A DNA stretch of 62,492 nucleotides, the filler included, from Chthonomonadaceae bacterium (GTDB lineage Bacteria > Armatimonadota > Chthonomonadetes > Chthonomonadales > Chthonomonadaceae): assembly GCA_035650735.1 (NCBI GenBank). It is 3 parts of 3 records of this genome, joined end to end, with 100 filler letters (N's around TTAATTAATTAA, not from the genome) between each part and the next. Parts side by side here need not be neighbours in the genome. Positions count along the whole stretch, not along the records: positions 18,676 to 45,350 come from DASRGZ010000078.1; 2 more parts are not named here. One strand, 5' to 3'. Shown here one piece after another: positions 29,913 through 37,662 of this stretch. Position numbers and translations under genes: made by a program. Position 1 is the stretch's first letter. The number at the start of each line of letters is the position of its first letter. The notes under the pieces were generated by a model, which did no database searches, was not told the DNA's origin, and saw only the letters and a program-made list of their open reading frames with translations.

Positions 29913-30596
29913 TCACCGAAAATTCGGTTCATGGCTGTCCCTGCCTTCGGCTTGCTGCGAGGCGCGCAACAGGGTGTGCGGGGCCTCGGCAGGCACATGC
30001 GCGGCGGCAGGGCGCAGGAGCGTATCGGCGGCGGGGACAGGGGCCGTGCCGGGCCGCAGCAGTACGCTTCTTGGCTCGATGGCAGCAATGGCCTTGTGGG
30101 CGGCCTGCATCAGCGTATAGTGGTGGTTGAAGGTCAGCGGGCGCAGGGCGGGCAGGGCGCGCGGATCGCCCAATCGCTCCAAAGTGCCGACAACGGCCAG
30201 GAGAAACGGCACGTCGTCCGGGTAGAGTTCGAGGACGCGCATCAGGGCGGGAACGGCGGTCGTGTCCTGAAGCGCATCGAGAATGGTGACCGCCTCCATC
30301 CGGTCGGCGCGGCGGCGCGCGGTCAGCCGTTCGGCGCATCGGCGCACGCTGCGCGATTGCCTGGCGTCCACCAGGGAGCGCCGCATTTTCCAGGGCCGCC
30401 CGGTAGAGCCTGAGGCCTCTTCCAGCAACGCCCAGAACACAAGCCATGCACTGGCCAGGCCAAGCCCTGCAACGAAGACAATCCCCCCATGTTGCCCGGA
30501 ACGCTGGAAGAGCCAAGGGTTACTGGCAAGGACAATCCCTGCAATGAAGATAATCCCCGCCATTCTAAGGACGGAGAAAGCGTTTAGATTCCTCAT
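29913..30596 (-). CDS. 2-TM HEAT-repeat protein with a triple LLR(P/A) tail
   Basis: Two N-terminal TM segments, LERLGDPRALPAL, and tail LLRPG..LLRPA..LLRAS. Confidence 0.8.
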   Translation of the reverse strand: MRNLNAFSVLRMAGIIFIAGIVLASNPWLFQRSGQHGGIVFVAGLGLASAWLVFWALLEEASGSTGRPWKMRRSLVDARQSRSVRRCAERLTARRRADRMEAVTILDALQDTTAVPALMRVLELYPDDVPFLLAVVGTLERLGDPRALPALRPLTFNHHYTLMQAAHKAIAAIEPRSVLLRPGTAPVPAADTLLRPAAAHVPAEAPHTLLRASQQAEGRDSHEPNFR

Positions 30597-30615
30597 AGCG
30601 TTTCCTTGTCGGTAA

Positions 30616-31515
30616 TTACTCTTGCTGAGGATAGATGAGGCTGCTGCTGGCGCGCAACAGTTGCTGCGGGGCGCTCTCCTCGCTGGCGGCTGCCGGGCGC
30701 AGCAGCACTTCCGGGGCCATGCCAGGTACGTTCACGGCGCGCAGGAGCATACCGCTGACCTGCTCCTGTTCGGCCCGCAGGCGCAGAAACGGCAGGCACG
30801 CCTGCGCCGCCTCCCGAACGCGCTTCTGCGTGGGAGTCTTTGCCTGGCCGTCCGCCAACTGCTCCACCACCGGCAGCGCCTGGCTGTCTCCCACCTGTTG
30901 AAAGGCGTTGAGGATGGCGATCCTGAGCTCGGCCAATTCCCGCGCTGGGTCGGTCAGGATGCTGCAAAGACAGGCGCGCTGCTGGGCATTCAGCAGTGCC
31001 GCGTCGCTGGCCCGCAGGCGCGGAAGCAGGTCGGCGAGGACGGGGGTTGCGTTCAGGCGCTCCCTTCTATTCAGGAATTCCCACATCTCCGCAAGCGGCC
31101 CGATAACGCGCATATCCTTGCAGGCCGCCATCGCCCTCACTATTTTTTTCCGGGCCAGATAAGTTCGGAGAGGATAGGCGAAGCAGCCGCAGAGCATCAG
31201 CAAATAGAGGCCATATAGCGTAAAAAGCTCTTCCGCTTCCAGTGAAAAGGACGACAGGGAGATGACCGGCAAGACGGTCGTCAACATTATCGCGAACATC
31301 ACCGTAAGAACCACCGCCAGCGTGAGACGATCCTGCCACTTATACTTGCGGGTCAGTTTTTCGTAAGCGGCAAGCAGCGGCGCGACCGCTTCCGGCCTCG
31401 CCTGGTCCGGCATCTGCTCCATTCGCGCCCGTGCTGCGGCCTCCCGGCTGCCGTTCGGCCCGACAGGGTGGAGCTTCTCCTCGGACTCGCCGCAATAGCG
31501 CTGCTGATGTTCCAT
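30616..31515 (-). CDS. 2-TM HEAT-repeat protein with a triple LLR(P/A) tail
   Basis: Two TM segments, FQQVGDSQALPVVEQLA, and tail LLRAV..LLRPA..LLRAS. GGAGG RBS. Confidence 0.8.
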   Translation of the reverse strand: MEHQQRYCGESEEKLHPVGPNGSREAAARARMEQMPDQARPEAVAPLLAAYEKLTRKYKWQDRLTLAVVLTVMFAIMLTTVLPVISLSSFSLEAEELFTLYGLYLLMLCGCFAYPLRTYLARKKIVRAMAACKDMRVIGPLAEMWEFLNRRERLNATPVLADLLPRLRASDAALLNAQQRACLCSILTDPARELAELRIAILNAFQQVGDSQALPVVEQLADGQAKTPTQKRVREAAQACLPFLRLRAEQEQVSGMLLRAVNVPGMAPEVLLRPAAASEESAPQQLLRASSSLIYPQQE

Positions 31516-31552
31516 CGGGACGCCTCCGCTGTGAAGAGCTGCTTCTATTGTT

Positions 31553-32704
31553 TTAAGACGTGTTCAGGTCTGCGGACGGTGCCGATATCTGCTGCCAGTT
31601 TCCCTCCATCTGTGGGGCGCTGGCCCGTAACAACTGATGGGCCTCCGTTGCCGGCGCGCTATCGGCGGGGCGCAGCAGTATCTCGACGGGCCGGTGCGGC
31701 GCGCAGGCGGGGCGCAGCAAGGTTTTGGGCGCATTCTCCTGATGTTGCCGTTCTCGGAGCGTGGGCAGAATGCGCGCGGCGGCGTCGCGCAGGCGTACTG
31801 TGCGGCCCCGAACGGCCAAGCGCTCCACCAGCCTGACCGCGCTGCCATCCCCGACTTTGCCCAGCGCCTCCAGGATGTCCAGCGCCAGCGGCTCCTCTGC
31901 CGTTTTGAGCAGTTGACAGAGGCTCGATACGGTGGAAGCAGGAAGGCGCCCATAATGATCCGGCGTTAATTGCAGGAGGACAGGAGGCAGCACAGCGAGG
32001 GCGGCCTGATGGACGCGCCGGCAGCCGGCGGTCTGGCGCAGGCTGGCCGGGGCGGTACGCAGCGCCGTCTCCGCCAGCGTTGCCGTGCTCTCCGGAAGGC
32101 GGAGATGACCCAGCGCCGTGACTGCCGCGGCCCGCACCCGATTGAGTAGGCGATCCTCCATCAAGCTCGATATTGGCAAAACGACCACTGCCAGCGGGAT
32201 GCAGGTTAGCGCCGTCAGCATCAGGCGGTCTACCGCCGACGCAGCGCCGGGCTTGAGGAGGGCCGCGCCGATATTAAGGCCCAGGCTCGTCATCGCAAGG
32301 CGCAGAAAGCCGCGCGCCCAGCGCGCGTTCGTATCGGGCCAGTCCCGCAGTTGCAGCACGCGCTGTAATAGTTTGGCGGCGTTGCGCTGGCGGGCCGCAT
32401 CCAGCGGAATGCGCCCGATTGCCCAGGCAGCCAGTTCCGCCTGCCTCCAGCGGTAGCCAAAGCGGCCGCCGAGGATAGCATGGATCGCGGCCATCGCCTC
32501 CTGCTGGGGCGGCTCGCCGCGCAGCAGGGCTTCGGCCAGTTGGCGCATCATGTCGCGGGGACTCAGCCGCCGCATCAGGCGACGTACTGCGGCGACCTCC
32601 GCGTAGGTAAACGCCGCCGCCTGCGGGCGCGGGCGGCACAACGCCACCTGGCCGTCGAGAGCAGAGGAACGCGGTTCCAGGGGCTGCGGGGAATAGGGTC
32701 GCAT
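31553..32704 (-). CDS. 2-TM HEAT-repeat protein with a triple LLR(P/A) tail
   Basis: Central hydrophobic hairpin, LGKVGDGSAVRLVERLA, and tail LLRPA..LLRPA..LLRAS. Confidence 0.8.
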   Translation of the reverse strand: MRPYSPQPLEPRSSALDGQVALCRPRPQAAAFTYAEVAAVRRLMRRLSPRDMMRQLAEALLRGEPPQQEAMAAIHAILGGRFGYRWRQAELAAWAIGRIPLDAARQRNAAKLLQRVLQLRDWPDTNARWARGFLRLAMTSLGLNIGAALLKPGAASAVDRLMLTALTCIPLAVVVLPISSLMEDRLLNRVRAAAVTALGHLRLPESTATLAETALRTAPASLRQTAGCRRVHQAALAVLPPVLLQLTPDHYGRLPASTVSSLCQLLKTAEEPLALDILEALGKVGDGSAVRLVERLAVRGRTVRLRDAAARILPTLRERQHQENAPKTLLRPACAPHRPVEILLRPADSAPATEAHQLLRASAPQMEGNWQQISAPSADLNTS

Positions 32705-32708
32705 AGAC

Positions 32709-34811
32709 TCAACCCTCAGCGCGGGCGAACTGGACGAGGTTAGTATGAAAGGTCGAGCCGCCGCCCATATCGGTCAGGCGGTCGGAGGTCAGGGCGTTGA
32801 CGTTGCCCCCTTCCGGGCTGTCCCGATGCCACCACAAAGAGGGCGACCAGGCCACGCCCGGCTTCACTTTGTCGCTAAGGACGGCTTTGAGGCGCACCTG
32901 GCCGCGCCGGTTCCAGACGCGCAGCCAATCGCCGTCGCGAACGCCGCGCTCCGCCGCATCCTGCGGATGAATCCAGATGCGCGGCTCCTTCTCGCCCTTC
33001 TGCAGCGAAGTCAGGTTGGCAAAGGAGGAGTTCAGGAAGTGGTGCGCGGCGGGCGAGAGCAGGTTGATCGGGAACTCTGCGGCCAGTTCGGGATCGGCCT
33101 CCGCGCTTTCGGCGGGCGGCGCGTAGTTGGGCAGCGGGTCGTAGCCGTCTTTGGCAGCCTGCTCTGAGTAAATCTCGATCTTGCCGGAGACGGTCTTAAA
33201 GCCCGTGCCCTCGGCGTAGGGAACATAGGGGCTGGTCGGGGTCTTGAGCTTGGCGAAGCCGTGCTCCCGCAGGTACTCGTAGGTAATGCCCTCCATAAAG
33301 GGATGATCTATATCCAGCGCGCCCCGAATCACGTCCTCGGCGGTCTCGTCGAACACGCTGTCCGTGTAGCCCATCGCTTTCGCCAGCGCGTTCATCACGT
33401 CCAGGTTGGGGCGGGCCTCGCCCAGCGGCGGAATGGCCGGCTGGCAGAGGTTCAGATAGAGATGGCCGTAGGCACGCAGCAAGTCGAGATGCTCCATTTG
33501 CGTGGTGGCGGGCAGGACGATGTCGGCGTAGCGGGCCGTATCCGTCAGCATCTGCTCATGAACGACGGTGAACAGATCGGTGCGGCACAAGCCTTCCCGC
33601 ACCAGGTTGGAGTTGGGCGCGACAGCGGCGGGATTGGAGTTGTAGACGTAAAGCGCGCGAATGGGCGGATCGGTGGTCTCCAGAAGCGCCCTGCCGATCT
33701 CGTTCATATTGATGGCGCGAGGGACGCGCCGGCCCCACTTGATCGGCGACTCGTCGTCCGGGGAGTGCAGCAGGTCGGGCCGCTTGACGCTGCGCATATT
33801 CAGCGGGAAGTGGGCGCTGGTGGAGAGCAGCAGGCCGCTGCCGGGCTTGCCCCACGCGCCGATGACGGCGGGCAGGCAGACGATGGCCCGGATCATGCTG
33901 CCGCCGTTGCCGTTGCGGGAGAGACCATAGCCCAGGCGAATGGCGGAAGGCCGCTGTGTGGCATAGCCGCGCGCCAGGCGCACGATCTCCTCTGCGTCTA
34001 GCCCGGTAATGGCGGCGACGCGCTCCGGCGGATACTCGGCGCAGCGGTCGCGGAACTGCCGCCAGCCAATCGAATGCGCCTCCAGAAACGCCTCGTCGTG
34101 CAGCCCATCCGCAAAGATAACGTGCGCCATGCCCAGCGCCAGGGCCGCATCCGTCCCCGGCTTGGGCTGGACAAACCAGTCGGCGGCGTTGGCGGTGCGT
34201 GTCTTATAGGGATCGATCACCACGAAGGTCGCGCCTCTGGCCTGCGCCTCCCGGATAATCGGCATCATATGCACGTTGGTGCTGCTCAGGTTCGTGCCCC
34301 AGGCAATGATGAATTTGCTGTTGACGAAGTCCTCCGGGTCTATGCCGCCCGTCCAGCCGTTGACATAGCCGTAGCCTGCTTCCGCCGCCGACGAGCAGAT
34401 GGTGCGCAGAAGCTGGCTGGCCCCCATGCGCAGCCACAGGCGGGAGTCACAGGCGCTCATGTTGACCACGCCCATCGTTCCGGCGTAGGAGAAGGGCAGG
34501 ATGGCTTCCGGGCCGCTCTCGGCGATGATCGCTTTCCAGCGCCCGGCAATCTCGGCAATCGCCTCGTCCCAGGAGATGCGCTCGAACTTTCCTTCCCCCT
34601 TTTTCCCGACGCGCCGCATGGGAGTGAGCACGCGGTCCGGGCTGTAGACACGCTCCTCGTAATGGGCGACTTTGCGGCAGAGGTTGTCGCGTGTGTAGGG
34701 ATTTTCCGGGTTGCCGGCCACTCCCAGCAGCCTGCCATCCTGCACAGTGGCGAGCATGGAGCAGGTATCCGGGCAATCGTGGGGGCAGGCCGTTTTAATG
34801 ATCTCAAGCAT
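32709..34811 (-). CDS. Molybdopterin (bis-MGD) oxidoreductase family protein
   Basis: N-terminal CPHDCPDTC...C [4Fe-4S] motif, RISWDEA, PGTDAALA and TDTARYADIVLPA. Confidence 0.92.
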   Translation of the reverse strand: MLEIIKTACPHDCPDTCSMLATVQDGRLLGVAGNPENPYTRDNLCRKVAHYEERVYSPDRVLTPMRRVGKKGEGKFERISWDEAIAEIAGRWKAIIAESGPEAILPFSYAGTMGVVNMSACDSRLWLRMGASQLLRTICSSAAEAGYGYVNGWTGGIDPEDFVNSKFIIAWGTNLSSTNVHMMPIIREAQARGATFVVIDPYKTRTANAADWFVQPKPGTDAALALGMAHVIFADGLHDEAFLEAHSIGWRQFRDRCAEYPPERVAAITGLDAEEIVRLARGYATQRPSAIRLGYGLSRNGNGGSMIRAIVCLPAVIGAWGKPGSGLLLSTSAHFPLNMRSVKRPDLLHSPDDESPIKWGRRVPRAINMNEIGRALLETTDPPIRALYVYNSNPAAVAPNSNLVREGLCRTDLFTVVHEQMLTDTARYADIVLPATTQMEHLDLLRAYGHLYLNLCQPAIPPLGEARPNLDVMNALAKAMGYTDSVFDETAEDVIRGALDIDHPFMEGITYEYLREHGFAKLKTPTSPYVPYAEGTGFKTVSGKIEIYSEQAAKDGYDPLPNYAPPAESAEADPELAAEFPINLLSPAAHHFLNSSFANLTSLQKGEKEPRIWIHPQDAAERGVRDGDWLRVWNRRGQVRLKAVLSDKVKPGVAWSPSLWWHRDSPEGGNVNALTSDRLTDMGGGSTFHTNLVQFARAEG

Positions 34812-34850
34812 CCTTGTTTCCTTGTTGCGTTATCCGGCAGGGGACTATCT

Positions 34851-34920
34851 GGTAGTGTCCCTCTACAGAGTTGATAAGGTCATCGGCGACGAAGTATCAA
34901 CTCTCTATGGGTACACTACC
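34851..34920. mobile_element. 70-bp MITE with about 26-bp terminal inverted repeats and an 8-bp target-site duplication
   Basis: GGTAGTGTCCCTCTACAGAGTTGATA...TATCAACTCTCTATGGGTACACTACC, flanked by GACTATCT at 34843-34850 and 34921-34928. Confidence 0.85.
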
Positions 34921-35082
34921 GACTATCTAGCCTTGCGTTTGCGGGATGTTTCGTCCTATCGTACCCTAATTTGACCGGTCTTCCCTCCGTTCCTCTCTAA
35001 TATTTAGACAACCGCGCGTGCGCTTCTGGTACAATGAAGGAGCCAAAAATCAAACCGGCAAGCGCTCTATGGAGTGAAAATG

Positions 35083-35287
35083 GCCCTTACCCCCGGCCCC
35101 TCATGCAGGGTGTAGGCAGTAGGGTATAGGGTGTAGGGGCGCCCTCCCCCCCATTCCCTACTGCCAGGGTCGGGCCTACAACGGACTGCAAGGGTCGCGC
35201 CTACAATGGTTCGCGCCACTGCCAGGGTCGGCAAGGGTACGGCCCTTGCCTCCGCCTGGCGATCCACGCTGCGGGAGAGGGGAGAGG
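35083..35287. repeat. Composite repeat cluster (GGTGTAG heptamers, CGACCCTGGCAG family, GGGAGAGGGG)
   Basis: 35160-35261 is the inverted homolog of 17793-17894. Confidence 0.85.
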
Positions 35288-35350
35288 CGTTTTCATGCGA
35301 GGAGGCGCGCCCCACGCATAAGTTAAGACTATGGAGGAAAGCAACAGAGT

Positions 35351-35653
35351 ATGGCGTTGGTGAAAGTGGCGGAGGCGGCGGAGTTGTCGCCCGGACAGTG
35401 CCGGGTCGTCTCGGTCGGCAGCAGGGAACTGGCGCTGTTTAACGTGGGGGGCGAGTTCTACTGCCTGAATAACGAGTGCCCACATCAGGACGGCCCGCTG
35501 GGCGAGGGCGATCTGGAAGAGGATGTTGTGATCTGTCCCTGGCATGCCTGGCAGGTCAACGTGCGCACGGGTGAAGTGCTCTACATGCCCGGCCTCTGCG
35601 TCCGTACCCATCCCTGCCTGGTAGAAGACGGCGCCGTTTTCGTCGAGATTTAA
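35351..35653 (+). CDS. Rieske [2Fe-2S] ferredoxin (NirD-like)
   Basis: CPHQDGPL and CPWH motifs. Confidence 0.92.
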   Translation: MALVKVAEAAELSPGQCRVVSVGSRELALFNVGGEFYCLNNECPHQDGPLGEGDLEEDVVICPWHAWQVNVRTGEVLYMPGLCVRTHPCLVEDGAVFVEI

Positions 35654-36030
35654 GTCTTTTCCTCAGAGAGGATCGCCTGCGCAATGGCCGGTTTCCTGGC
35701 CGTCTCAAAAACGTTCGGATACCGTTGGCGAATTCAGAACCGGCTAGAATTGGACCTTGTGCTTCCCCTCGGATCGAACAGCCGAATCTCACGTTGAGAC
35801 GGCAATTACGAATTCGCCAACGGTATCCGTTCGTTTCCGAAAGTACGACTACCCACGCTGATCCAGCGCGGTAGTCGTATAAGCGCCAGTATGGAAAATC
35901 TTACTTCAAATTTCTCCGCGAGCCAGATGGTTACAGTTTCATTACGCCCCGTTTAACCTGACCTTACAATTTCACCGAATTTCCGATTCGACGAACCTTC
36001 TTCCAGACCAATGAAGTATACTAGGGGAAG

Positions 36031-36058
36031 GTAACACGAAAATTACAATTCGTAACAC
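36031..36058. promoter_or_regulatory. Candidate NikR operator just downstream of a TATACT -10 (36017-36022)
   Basis: GTAACAC-N14-GTAACAC, 28 bp with GT...AC ends, upstream of an operon that contains nikR. Confidence 0.65.
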
Positions 36059-36099
36059 AAACCCGCCCGGTCTTCTTACACGGAGGAAAGGAGACGTCC

Positions 36100-37017
36100 A
36101 TGTGGCCTACGAAACGTACTTTTGCCGTCGGTTTCACCCTGATTGAATTACTTGTCGTCATCGCTATCATCGCCATACTCGCAGCGATCCTCTTTCCTGT
36201 ATTCGCCAGGGCGCGCGAAGCCGCCCGCCAATCGGCCTGTCTGTCCAATGAGAAGCAAATCGGCTTGGCCGCGCGAATGTACATGGAGGATTTTGACGGC
36301 GCGCTTTACCACCACCATGAAGGGTGGGTGCTGGATGATGGCACACAGCTAGATACTCTGCCTTCCAATGCTGACGGCTGTGCGGGCGGTGGGCAGGGCA
36401 ACAGCAACGCCGAAAAGCCCTGGGCGATCTTCTTTCAGCCCTACATCAAGAGCCGCCAACTCATGTTCTGCCCCTCCGACAGTGGAACCAAGTCCCAACA
36501 CCTTGCCACCGATATCAACGATTACAACGGCGGCATTACTCAGATCGGAACGGAATGCAACGCCGCGCCCAATGGCGAGCAGTGCCAGGCCGAGAAGAAC
36601 AACTGGGTGATGTGGAGCTATCTGTTGAACTCCATCTTCACGCACAAGTCGTGCCGCTATGCCGTCGAGGGGGTACTGCCCGGCTTTGCCACCGATGCCG
36701 TGATCAGCGGCCTGGAAAATCCCAATGTCATCATGTTCTCGGAGCGCAACTCCGGCGCTCTCAACGACCCCAACAACAGCGCCTTCGGCTATGTGCCGCA
36801 GGATGATTACGACACCTGGGCGGGGGAGGCGGCCTTAGTGCGGTGGGGAAGCGGCCCGGACGCCGACCAGGGGTGGATCAGGTATAATCGCCATAACGAG
36901 GGGGCGAACTATATTTACTATGACGGCCATGTGAAGTTTCTGCGATGGAGCAAGGCGCGGCTGGATCAGTACCCGGATCACATCGTTCGCCACCCGCTTT
37001 CCAATCCGCCGCAGTAA
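36100..37017 (+). CDS. Prepilin-type N-terminal cleavage/methylation protein (DUF1559-like) with a C-terminal H-X9-DG motif
   Basis: [33 protein letters not shown] and [23 protein letters not shown]. Confidence 0.92.
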   Translation: MWPTKRTFAVGFTLIELLVVIAIIAILAAILFPVFARAREAARQSACLSNEKQIGLAARMYMEDFDGALYHHHEGWVLDDGTQLDTLPSNADGCAGGGQGNSNAEKPWAIFFQPYIKSRQLMFCPSDSGTKSQHLATDINDYNGGITQIGTECNAAPNGEQCQAEKNNWVMWSYLLNSIFTHKSCRYAVEGVLPGFATDAVISGLENPNVIMFSERNSGALNDPNNSAFGYVPQDDYDTWAGEAALVRWGSGPDADQGWIRYNRHNEGANYIYYDGHVKFLRWSKARLDQYPDHIVRHPLSNPPQ

Positions 37018-37051
37018 CAATCTGCATGGCGCGGGAAAGGCTTGTGATACG

Positions 37052-37510
37052 ATGAACAAATCCCAGGAAGGCGGGGAGACTGAAGACGAGTTAATCCGCT
37101 TCAGCGTCTCCATGCCCGCCCATCTTGTGCGCGATCTGGATAACTGGCGCAACGCGCTGGGCTATAGCAGCCGCTCGGAGGCGGTGCGCGATCTGGTGCG
37201 CGACAGGCTTGTGGAGGAGCAATGGAAGGCGGAGGAAGATTCCTGCGCTGAGAAAGTCGGCGTTGTCACGCTGGTCTATCAGCACAGTACCCGGCAACTG
37301 AGCGACCATTTGACGGAAATGCAGCATCATCATCATGCCGTCGCGCACGCGGCCTTGCATATCCATCTAACCCCGGAAAACTGCCTGGAAGTCATTGTGC
37401 TTCGCGGAGCAAAGGCAGAGGTCAACGCCCTTGCGAATCACCTGATCAGCACGAAAGGTGTGCTGCACGGCAGGTTTATAGCGACCACAACCGGGGAGGA
37501 TATTGCATAG
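37052..37510 (+). CDS. nikR: Nickel-responsive regulator NikR
   Basis: Ribbon-helix-helix RFSVSM..YSSRSEAVRDLVR and Ni site QH..HIHL...NCLEVIV. Confidence 0.95.
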   Translation: MNKSQEGGETEDELIRFSVSMPAHLVRDLDNWRNALGYSSRSEAVRDLVRDRLVEEQWKAEEDSCAEKVGVVTLVYQHSTRQLSDHLTEMQHHHHAVAHAALHIHLTPENCLEVIVLRGAKAEVNALANHLISTKGVLHGRFIATTTGEDIA

Positions 37511-37558
37511 CCCGCCCGAAAAAACCTTCGTTTGTGACACAGACGAGCAGTACCCTTC

Positions 37559-37593
37559 AAAAGCCCCGATTTGGGGCTTTTTCTGTTTCTTTT
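37559..37593 (+). terminator. Rho-independent terminator (probably bidirectional)
   Basis: AAAAGCCCC-GATTT-GGGGCTTTT followed by a T-rich tract, between convergent genes. Confidence 0.8.
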
Positions 37594-37662
37594 GCCGTGC
37601 GGACTTACTTTTCGCAGGGCTTTTTCCAGGAGGTGAAAGCGGTGAAAAGTAAGTTCGTTTTC

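Noticed and set aside
34851..34920. Hairpin upstream of a molybdoenzyme gene as a possible Moco riboswitch
   Set aside because: It lacks Moco RNA consensus features. Terminal inverted repeats plus the 8-bp duplication are better explained by a MITE.
35951..35962. 12-mer GTTTAACCTGAC shared with the promoter at 15060-15071
   Set aside because: Too short to distinguish from chance without a genome-wide motif search.
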